From the sequence record PX393110.1: a stretch of DNA of 64,000 bases, one strand, 5' to 3'. The position numbers and the translations under genes were made by a program. Source of the DNA: a phage. This document shows, in pieces, positions 44,395 through 50,329 of this stretch (positions are counted from its first letter, which is position 1; each line of letters starts with the position of its first letter). The notes beneath the pieces were generated by a model. The model did not search any database. It was not told the origin of the DNA and saw nothing but the letters and a program-made list of their open reading frames with translations.

Positions 44395-44696
44395 TCTTTA
44401 ACAGTTCCCAGAATATTATCTCTGGTATGGATTACGCCACTACGATTGGCTTCAATACGTGTGGTAGCTACTATTTCAAATACTTCTAATTGGATAGTAG
44501 GATGAATCATGCAAGTACGGATCAACATAGACAGAGCATCTTCGTAGCTCTGATAACCAGTCGCGTTCTTGTGATTATCCTGCCAAAGTCTATCTGTCGC
44601 CTGAGCTCGCTCCGAGATGTAAGAGATCTTACCATCTTTCATCTGACCAACACAATACTTAGCTTCAGAACTATCTGAAATATGTAACGTTTCCAT
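44385..44696 (-). CDS. hypothetical protein
   Basis: ORF track. AGGAG RBS. Its stop lies inside a class-1 motif. Confidence 0.5.
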   Translation of the reverse strand: METLHISDSSEAKYCVGQMKDGKISYISERAQATDRLWQDNHKNATGYQSYEDALSMLIRTCMIHPTIQLEVFEIVATTRIEANRSGVIHTRDNILGTVKDHL

Positions 44697-44739
44697 AATT
44701 TCTCCTAATGGGGAGTTTTACCTCCCCTGAGTAAACATA

Positions 44740-44988
44740 TTAGAATGGGCGGTGACGAGATTCCGTTACCTGAAGACCTTCGAAGATCTTACCAACGAAG
44801 TCAAAGCTTACACCATCTTCTACCGATGTAATCTTGACACTATTGGTATCATCGATCTTCTGACCAGTCGCCAGGAGGCCGTTGGGGAGGACTACGCCTA
44901 CGAATTCACGAGTATCAGGTGGTCTACGGAAGTGTTTCTTCCCAGCAGGTTTCTTGTGTCTCGAGAACGGATTATTATTATAAGGCAT
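44740..44988 (-). CDS. hypothetical protein
   Basis: ORF track. GAGGAG RBS. Confidence 0.5.
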   Translation of the reverse strand: MPYNNNPFSRHKKPAGKKHFRRPPDTREFVGVVLPNGLLATGQKIDDTNSVKITSVEDGVSFDFVGKIFEGLQVTESRHRPF

Positions 44989-45349
44989 TGTCTAGCTCCT
45001 CTTTTATAGTATGATCTTTGTACATTCTTAAACTATACGGGTTCTCTATCTCTTCGAATTGAAGACCATCGAATCCATGTATCATGTTAGCGAATCGCAT
45101 ATTATACATGGTAATCCTGATCTGCCAAATCATAGAATTAGAGGCTTTACGGAATACTTTACACGGCTCACTAACTACAGCACCCTGGATCTTCTTTAGC
45201 TCGTTAACGATGTTCGACACATCTTCAAGTTCGCAATATGACTGAAAGATCCGTGATGGACATCGTCTTATTTGACTAACGTCTGAACCATACATAATTT
45301 TTACACAACGAGTAGATTGAACACAGAAGGACGTTGGATACGCCTCCAC
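44978..45349 (-). CDS. hypothetical protein (start uncertain)
   Basis: ORF track. A GTG start lies 4 nt after a class-1 motif. The alternative ATG at 45295 lacks a clear RBS. Confidence 0.35.
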   Translation of the reverse strand: MEAYPTSFCVQSTRCVKIMYGSDVSQIRRCPSRIFQSYCELEDVSNIVNELKKIQGAVVSEPCKVFRKASNSMIWQIRITMYNMRFANMIHGFDGLQFEEIENPYSLRMYKDHTIKEELDNAL

Positions 45350-45353
45350 CGCT

Positions 45354-45384
45354 TTAACAGCCTTTTAGGTCATTAAAACGGCGG
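45354..45384 (-). promoter_or_regulatory. class-1 motif copy 12
   Basis: CCGCCGTTTTAATGACCTAAAAGGCTGTTAA, 8 nt after the GT32 stop. Confidence 0.55.
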
Positions 45385-45392
45385 AGTTCAGA

Positions 45393-46184
45393 TCAATACC
45401 GTGGGTCGGTATCCTGATAATCGCGAATCAAGTCATAGACGAGCACATCCAGACGAGTAGCATCTTCACGCTTCATGCGGGTAGGTCTGTACATATGAAT
45501 ACATACACAGTGCTTAGACCATACCTTAGCAGTCTGACGTTCCGTAAGTTCTTTACGGTCGACGATGTACTTCTCGAATGCGTGATAAGAGATAGGCTTT
45601 GATACTTCGATATATTGGCACATATCGAGGAATTGCGGGTAGTCGTCAGTCAGGTAACGACTGAATACATCCTGGTAATAGGAGTAGTTAGGGAACTTAC
45701 CACCATTTTCCAGAGATAAAGCATGAGTCTCTATCTCCTTCAGCATCAGAGACATGAATGCCTGATTATTGCTGGGGGAGGTCCACATGTTGATTTCGCA
45801 GTAGTCTAACCGAGGGGAATAAACGCGTACCTGAGTCTCGTGAGGAGTGTAGGTTTCGTGAGGGCTTCGGATAAAGAGTGTATCAGCATCAACATAGGAG
45901 TAACCACGAAGATCCATCATTACCTGAATCTTGAGTCGCAGGTAATCACATACAGAGGCCATCTTAGCCTTAGTCTTCAGGATATTATACGCTTTCTCCA
46001 TGATAGGATCTCTGGCGAATAAATCCTGGATCATAATGCATCGGCACCCTTCGATAATGTTTTCAGTATTATCGATCACCAGCACATGGTCCTTAGGTCC
46101 ATATTTCTGTAAGGATTTAATGCATTCCCGAACATGGATAGGCATCTTTGGTCCTACCCAAAGCTGGAAATAATTCTGACTCAT
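45393..46184 (-). CDS. GT32-like (DXD, Gly_transf_sug-type) glycosyltransferase
   Basis: QLWVGPKMP..., MASVCDYLRLKIQVMMDLRGYSYVDADTLF (family pattern SD..R...L...GG.Y.D.D). GAGGT RBS. Confidence 0.55.
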   Translation of the reverse strand: MSQNYFQLWVGPKMPIHVRECIKSLQKYGPKDHVLVIDNTENIIEGCRCIMIQDLFARDPIMEKAYNILKTKAKMASVCDYLRLKIQVMMDLRGYSYVDADTLFIRSPHETYTPHETQVRVYSPRLDYCEINMWTSPSNNQAFMSLMLKEIETHALSLENGGKFPNYSYYQDVFSRYLTDDYPQFLDMCQYIEVSKPISYHAFEKYIVDRKELTERQTAKVWSKHCVCIHMYRPTRMKREDATRLDVLVYDLIRDYQDTDPRY

Positions 46185-46818
46185 AGTTACCTCTATGTTA
46201 TTTATTTTAAACTGGATAGGGACCTAATAGAGTAAATTAGTAAATAAATACTTATTAGTTACCTCTTACCTATGCTAAGGGAAGCGTACTCGAGGAGTAC
46301 AGAGGCTTAGCGAAAGAGCGGAGTAACACCTTTATCCCAATTAGTCAAAGTAGAGAGCGAAGGAGTCGCGCCCGCTTGAGGCGGCGCGACCTCCGCTTCA
46401 CCAATCCTACCGGATGAGCGCCTGCGACCACCCGAGCCTACCCCTGCATCACTCTCTAAAGCCACTTCGGGCTTTACCTCGTTCTGCTACGCGATACGCA
46501 GGCGATAGCTACACTAAGTCCCCTGGAGATGGCTAGTAAGCATCCGCTACCAGTCATATCCAACCTAACATTGGCGAAGCCAGGGACTAGGCACTCCGCG
46601 CCAATAAGCTACATTAGGATTTATGTCCGTATTCGAAGATAGGCCGATCGGTGAGACTATGCATTCATCTCTGCTCAACCAGGAAGCGCCGATTAGGGTA
46701 AATACCCAAACTACCTTCTTAATGTCACTCCTCCCAGACCGCTTCGGGACTTAGCTTAAGTCATATCCGAATAATCTGGCATCTACGACGGACCGTAGTG
46801 TATGGAGCGTACTGCAAT
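46185..46818 (-). other. 634-nt ORF-free, highly structured leader / candidate large ncRNA
   Basis: No ORF of 60 aa or more on either strand. A class-1 motif sits at its 5' end. Contains many GC-rich helices (details in findings). Confidence 0.35.
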
Positions 46819-46848
46819 TTAACAGCCTTTCGATTCATCAAAAGAGCG
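46819..46848 (-). promoter_or_regulatory. class-1 motif copy 13
   Basis: CGCTCTTTTGATGAATCGAAAGGCTGTTAA. It points into about 630 nt of ORF-free sequence before ATG 46184. Confidence 0.55.
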
Positions 46849-46982
46849 TAATTAGGGACCCGATTATTCCACTTAGCTGCCATCCGTTCGGGTCAACACA
46901 GATCGTTCCAGGTCTTAGGCATCATACCAGACCGTTTCAGTACACTCGGATTATTAGTTCCCGGTGACCATTTAAAGATGGT

Positions 46983-47055
46983 GGCCCATACTGGTTTCGA
47001 ACCAGTGACCAATCGATTATGAGTCGACTGCTCTCACCACTGAGCTAATGGGCCG
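46983..47055 (-). tRNA. tRNA with CAU anticodon (Met elongator or Ile2/lysidine type)
   Basis: Hand-folded cloverleaf: acceptor GGCCCAT/ATGGGCC, D arm GCTC..GAGC, anticodon arm GTCGA-CTCATAA-TCGAT, T arm ACTGG-TTCGAAA-CCAGT, discriminator A. CCA is not encoded. Confidence 0.85.
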
Positions 47056-47199
47056 AACTGGTCGGGACCGTGGCCCACACTAGAGGATTTGCCAAACTCC
47101 CCATTATCATGGCCTAAGCCATCCAGACAGCCGTGACTACCCTGCTCCGGTACATGTGATAATGGGGACGTATCCAAAAATGTGGAGATCCCGTTAAGG
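47056..47199 (-). other. 144-nt structured inter-tRNA spacer
   Basis: 11-bp stem CCCCATTATCA (47100-10) / TGATAATGGGG (47158-68) enclosing the hairpin ATGGC-CTAA-GCCAT. No T-loop, so it is not a tRNA. Confidence 0.4.
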
Positions 47200-47276
47200 T
47201 GGTACTCCCTACAGGATTCGAACCTGTGACCAATAGCTTAGAAGGCTACTGCTCTATCCAGCTGAGCTAAGGGAGC
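47200..47276 (-). tRNA. tRNA-Arg (UCU)
   Basis: Hand-folded cloverleaf: acceptor GCTCCCT/AGGGAGT, D arm GCTC..GAGC, anticodon arm GTAGC-CTTCTAA-GCTAT, T arm ACAGG-TTCGAAT-CCTGT, encoded CCA. Confidence 0.85.
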
Positions 47277-47457
47277 TTATTAATTCTTCTACCTGCTTAA
47301 CAGATTTATTCATGCCTGTTCCGTGACACTCCCCGCAGACCCAAGTCCGACAGAAGATATCACCAGGCTCAGCATCGTCACACTCTCCTAAACCTCCACA
47401 TTCTGGACATTTAGCTTCATTAACAATACTTCTTAGCTTATGAAAAGTAGTTTCCAT
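47254..47457 (-). CDS. DnaJ-type zinc-finger mini-protein
   Basis: Two CxxCxGxG repeats (CPECGGLG, CGECHGTG) plus CRTWVC. GGAGG RBS. The last 23 nt overlap the 5' part of tRNA-Arg. Confidence 0.55.
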   Translation of the reverse strand: METTFHKLRSIVNEAKCPECGGLGECDDAEPGDIFCRTWVCGECHGTGMNKSVKQVEELISSLSSAG

Positions 47458-47473
47458 AAATCCTCCATTTTAG

Positions 47474-47541
47474 GATGACCTCTTAGCTTACCATCGCGAA
47501 AAGCTACATGGAGTGTAGTTAACGTGAACTAAGAGGTCATC
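47474..47541 (-). repeat. 13-bp perfect inverted repeat between two small genes
   Basis: GATGACCTCTTAG (47474-86) / CTAAGAGGTCATC (47529-41), with the inner hairpin CTACA-TGGAG-TGTAG. It ends 5 nt before the GGAGG RBS of ORF 47254..47457. Confidence 0.5.
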
Positions 47542-47547
47542 ATAAAA

Positions 47548-47649
47548 TCAGCTATTGAAAGCTAATATAATACTGTCCCAACCATCTACATAAATTGCGT
47601 TGGCTACATATAATACGAAGAATATAGCAACGACTATTGGATTAATCAT
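47548..47649 (-). CDS. 33-aa single-pass membrane peptide
   Basis: Internal ATG of ORF 47548..47757 with an AGGAG RBS: MINPIVVAIFFVLYVANAIYVDGWDSIILAFNS (hydrophobic helix). Confidence 0.4.
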   Translation of the reverse strand: MINPIVVAIFFVLYVANAIYVDGWDSIILAFNS

Positions 47650-47989
47650 CGTACTCTCCTGAGAAATATTATCCTGCTTACTGTTACAGGGACGCCGTTC
47701 GTCGCGCCAGATTACCAATCGGCGATTAAGCCGATCTCGCCAACCGCGTAACGCCATTGGCTGGTATCACATAGGCTTGTAGCCCTCAGTCAACCTGTCC
47801 TGAGGAGGTAGGAAGAGCCATACGCCAAATCCGGGATTGATAGTCCCATATAGCTTCCTACTTTGCCATTCTCGTATGGCCTCGGATACGACTGTCTCTG
47901 GGTAAGGAGTCCCGACAGCTGATACGGTTTAGTTTATTTTTAATTTGAGTCCCACTCATACCTTACAGACTCAAGCACTGCAGACCACC
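47650..47989 (-). other. ORF-free structured region upstream of the membrane-peptide gene
   Basis: Long-range 8-bp stem GCCATACG/CGTATGGC (47817-24 / 47873-80). Hairpins ATCGGC/GCCGAT, CCTCAG/CTGAGG and CTGTC/GACAG. Confidence 0.3.
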
Positions 47990-48019
47990 GAAAAACCGAC
48001 TGGTACGCTAGCAGTCGGT
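47990..48019 (-). terminator. intrinsic terminator about 30 nt downstream of class-1 copy 14
   Basis: ACCGACUG-CUAGCGUAC-CAGUCGGU followed by UUUUCGG. Confidence 0.55.
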
Positions 48020-48046
48020 CCCACGGATCCCATGAACAACTTATGA
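47990..48046 (-). ncRNA. candidate ~55-nt small RNA (class-1 motif to terminator)
   Basis: Bounded by class-1 copy 14 and the terminator at 47990..48019. The only ORF inside is 20 codons with no RBS. Confidence 0.25.
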
Positions 48047-48050
48047 CAAT

Positions 48051-48080
48051 TTAACAGCCTTTCGAGTCATCAAAAGAGTG
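48051..48080 (-). promoter_or_regulatory. class-1 motif copy 14
   Basis: CACTCTTTTGATGACTCGAAAGGCTGTTAA, followed about 30 nt later by a hairpin plus U-run. Confidence 0.55.
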
Positions 48081-48232
48081 TTAAGTTGCCCGCTCCCTAT
48101 CACCGAGCACTGTGATGATGGGAAATAGGGAGCGAAACGATTCCTAAGTTTTATCTTCTTCTCTAAGTGATTAACCGTTACATACGATATACCTTCTTAG
48201 TTAGATAAGCCGGAATTGGCACTTCGAACACT

Positions 48233-48263
48233 TTAACAGCCTTTCGACCGTACAAAAGAGCGG
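48233..48263 (-). promoter_or_regulatory. class-1 motif copy 15
   Basis: CCGCTCTTTTGTACGGTCGAAAGGCTGTTAA. In tandem with copy 16, 58 nt apart. Confidence 0.55.
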
Positions 48264-48268
48264 CGTAA

Positions 48269-48811
48269 TTAGACGCTCGCCTCAGACACTTTAACAGCCT
48301 TTGGAACTGTAAAAAGAGCGGGTTTATACCATTCGGGAGTGCGGTAGAAAGTAATGGTACGACCCTCTTTCTCCCAGATATAGTATTTATCGTTCAGGTA
48401 GTTACGATACTTCTCGTAAACTGTTTCGCCAGGAGCACCTGCCACACACGCATAAGGTGTCATGTCAGTCTCCGGACCGACCTTCAAGTTCTTAGGCAGT
48501 TTGCTGAGTCGCGACAGAATAATATCTGTGGCATGCATACGACCGGTACGTTCATAGAACAGGATACACAGATAGTTAGCCAGCTCTTTAACGAAGTTGT
48601 AGTTACCGGAAGATTCACGGACCCAGCGTGCTGATGGGTGATTTACGTGAGTCTGTTTGTAAATACCCTCGATAGCTTGATCGCCATCCAGAACATGATG
48701 AGCTGTGGACAACAGCTGAGCACATTCGATAATCATTTTATTCTGGTGCATTGGCATACAATGGTCCATAGCACATTCTAACGCATCTTCGTGAGTACGG
48801 AAAATATTCAC
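48269..48811 (-). CDS. hypothetical protein, possibly pyrimidine-dimer DNA glycosylase (DenV/Pyr_excise)-like
   Basis: GTG start with AGGAG RBS. The pattern K..IEC.QLL...H.......YK.TH.NHPS.RW and C-terminal PEWYK loosely recall the DenV-related family. The last 12 codons are a class-1 motif. Confidence 0.35.
   Translation of the reverse strand: MNIFRTHEDALECAMDHCMPMHQNKMIIECAQLLSTAHHVLDGDQAIEGIYKQTHVNHPSARWVRESSGNYNFVKELANYLCILFYERTGRMHATDIILSRLSKLPKNLKVGPETDMTPYACVAGAPGETVYEKYRNYLNDKYYIWEKEGRTITFYRTPEWYKPALFTVPKAVKVSEASV
48291..48321 (-). promoter_or_regulatory. class-1 motif copy 16
   Basis: CCGCTCTTTTTACAGTTCCAAAGGCTGTTAA. It lies inside the last codons of ORF 48269..48811. Confidence 0.5.
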
Positions 48812-48897
48812 TATAATTACTCCTAACGTGGTTTGCTTACTTTAAGTCTCTCGTAAAAGATTTAGAGTAAGCATCGGAGGTAACCACCTCCGACACT

Positions 48898-48928
48898 TTA
48901 ACAGCCTTTCGACGGTACAAAAGAGCGG
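48898..48928 (-). promoter_or_regulatory. class-1 motif copy 17
   Basis: CCGCTCTTTTGTACCGTCGAAAGGCTGTTAA, 86 nt before GTG 48811. Immediately followed by the hairpin TCGGAGG/CCTCCGA. Confidence 0.6.
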
Positions 48929-48930
48929 TT

Positions 48931-49086
48931 TTAAATCTTACATGCGTCCCCGCAGTCGTCGTCACCAGGCTGGCTGATAACTTCGTCTACGTTAACCATG
49001 CGATCTTCGACACGCTTAGATGCTTCGTCGAGTTCTTCCTGAGAAGGAATATTATTGAAGTCCAACTCTTCAGCAGATTTGCTCAT
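48931..49086 (-). CDS. small acidic hypothetical protein (51 aa)
   Basis: Internal ATG of ORF 48931..49299 with GAGGAA RBS (MSKSAEELDF...). It follows the upstream stop at 49094. Confidence 0.4.
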   Translation of the reverse strand: MSKSAEELDFNNIPSQEELDEASKRVEDRMVNVDEVISQPGDDDCGDACKI

Positions 49087-49093
49087 AGTTTCC

Positions 49094-49414
49094 TCATAAG
49101 AACATTTTGACAAGATGTTTAGTACCGTTGATAGCAGCTTTCTTAGCAGCCGACTTAACATGAGCTTTAACTTTCTTATGTAAAGTCTTGGACTTAGCCT
49201 TATTTTTAAGGAGTCGTCCGGCAGCTTTAGCCCTACGCTTGATTCTGTTAGCTGATTCGGAAATAGCAATACCTTCCTCATCAGTAACATCATCAACATT
49301 AGACGAAGCTATCATCAGTAACTGATCATCGGTTAAACCAGCTGCTATGGTTTTGACGAATATTCCTTCATCGACATCACCAACAGCATTAAGGAGATCC
49401 TGTGATTTTGACAT
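49094..49414 (-). CDS. hypothetical protein with Lys-rich C-terminus
   Basis: ORF track 49094..49429, ATG at 49414. Confidence 0.45.
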   Translation of the reverse strand: MSKSQDLLNAVGDVDEGIFVKTIAAGLTDDQLLMIASSNVDDVTDEEGIAISESANRIKRRAKAAGRLLKNKAKSKTLHKKVKAHVKSAAKKAAINGTKHLVKMFL

Positions 49415-49883
49415 AATCTTCCCATACATTAATTACTTCCTTACCCAGAGATTTAGCATGGGTTACACAGTTACCTGTACCACCCTTGCTGCCATCCCAT
49501 AAGGCTAATCCCTTCTGACTACGGTTAACCATGTAACGGTTACGCACCATCATCTTGAAAGAATCATACCCAGGCTCGGAAACTATAATTGTGCGACGAC
49601 TTCTCCTGCAGAGCTCAGTCCATTTTTCTACATCTGCAGATCGCCACATCTTGGGCTGGTCAATCATAGGGACTGCTGCGAAATATGGTATTCCGAGGTT
49701 AGCACATGCTTGAGCACATGCCATGTCCCATCCTAAAGCCATACCCACGAACCAGCAGTCGACCTTATTTTCTTCGGTCAACCTCTGGATATGATGTTCG
49801 GCAAACTGGGTAAGCTGATCATGGCTAAAGATATCCCAGCCACCCAGTTTATCTGGCCTATGACCAGTGACGAACATAAACAT
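49389..49883 (-). CDS. SLOG-superfamily protein (YpsA/DUF1273-like)
   Basis: FVTGHRPDKLGG..., VDCWFVGMALGWDMACAQA..., GLALWDGSKGGTGN parallel B. subtilis YpsA (VTGYKPFELG, WILISGQLGVELWAAEA, LLLLYDPEKEGSP). Confidence 0.5.
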   Translation of the reverse strand: MFMFVTGHRPDKLGGWDIFSHDQLTQFAEHHIQRLTEENKVDCWFVGMALGWDMACAQACANLGIPYFAAVPMIDQPKMWRSADVEKWTELCRRSRRTIIVSEPGYDSFKMMVRNRYMVNRSQKGLALWDGSKGGTGNCVTHAKSLGKEVINVWEDYVKITGSP

Positions 49884-50224
49884 TACTTCTTCTCTATCTT
49901 GGCCTGCTTAGCCTTAACTAAAGCCAATGCGTTAGCCAGTTTAGCAGAAGTATCCTGCGGACCATCTTCTTCGAGCTGTTTCTTCAGGGACTCCATACGA
50001 TCGGTAGTCCCTTTAGTATCCATCTCGATTAATTCGTTGATGGTCGACCCGCCGACGTTAGGTAACTTGCCGAGTTGCGACAAATCCTTAACTTCGGGGA
50101 TCTTAACGTGAAGTTGAATAGACTGGGATGCTCTCGCGAATGACCCAGCACGACGATTGTCTCCTACCTTATTATATAGGGAAGATAGGTTACCCAGGAA
50201 CGTAATGATATCAGCAGTTTTCAT
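49883..50224 (-). CDS. helix-hairpin-helix protein resembling the Pol X 8-kDa (dRP-lyase) domain
   Basis: ATG at 50224 with GGAGG RBS. IITFLGNLSSLY...RRAGSFARASQSI...LGKLPNVGGSTINELIE..TKGT parallels the Pol beta N-terminus (ITDMLTELANFE...NAYRKAASVI...[20 protein letters not shown]). Confidence 0.45.
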   Translation of the reverse strand: MKTADIITFLGNLSSLYNKVGDNRRAGSFARASQSIQLHVKIPEVKDLSQLGKLPNVGGSTINELIEMDTKGTTDRMESLKKQLEEDGPQDTSAKLANALALVKAKQAKIEKK

Positions 50225-50243
50225 ATTTGATTCCTCCAACGGT

Positions 50244-50274
50244 TTAACAGCCTTTGGACCTTACAAAAGAGCGG
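50244..50274 (-). promoter_or_regulatory. class-1 motif copy 18 (first leftward unit at the divergent junction)
   Basis: CCGCTCTTTTGTAAGGTCCAAAGGCTGTTAA, only 19 nt before ATG 50224. No co-oriented gene lies upstream of it, so a promoter is required here. Confidence 0.7.
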
Positions 50275-50329
50275 TTTTTATTCAAAAAGAGTGTTAAAAT
50301 TAGGTTTTTGAGCTTTACAGGACGCCCCT

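Noticed and set aside
46310-46335. Additional class-1 motif CCGCTCTTTCGCTAAGCCTCTGTAC
   Set aside because: It keeps only the first block. The spacer is about 5 nt instead of 9 and the second block is degenerate. It was counted as a decayed remnant, not a functional copy.
46185-46982. Degenerate tRNA genes, a group I intron or a known RNA family in the ORF-free region
   Set aside because: There is no GTTCGAATC-type T-loop or acceptor pairing. I cannot identify P3-P7 or a G-binding core by eye, there is no flanking split gene, and I cannot match any family from memory. It is kept as an unexplained structured region rather than given a named call.
47650-47757. N-terminal 36 codons of ORF 47548..47757 (and similar TTG/GTG-initiated extensions of many track ORFs)
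   Set aside because: The extension is Arg-rich, lacks an RBS and runs through structured non-coding sequence. The internal ATG has a perfect AGGAG. The same reasoning was used to trim the ORFs now starting at 438, 742, 2122, 2507, 2851, 4520, 10625, 11420, 11817, 13422, 17834, 20807, 23272, 33675, 44339, 49086, 49414, 50224, 50421, 54295, 61066 and 63078.
3657-50274. Reading the repeated 31-nt motif as a CRISPR array or a transposon terminal repeat
   Set aside because: The copies are hundreds to thousands of bp apart and always sit in intergenic positions in the gene orientation. There are no regular spacers, no inverted-repeat pairs and no transposase.
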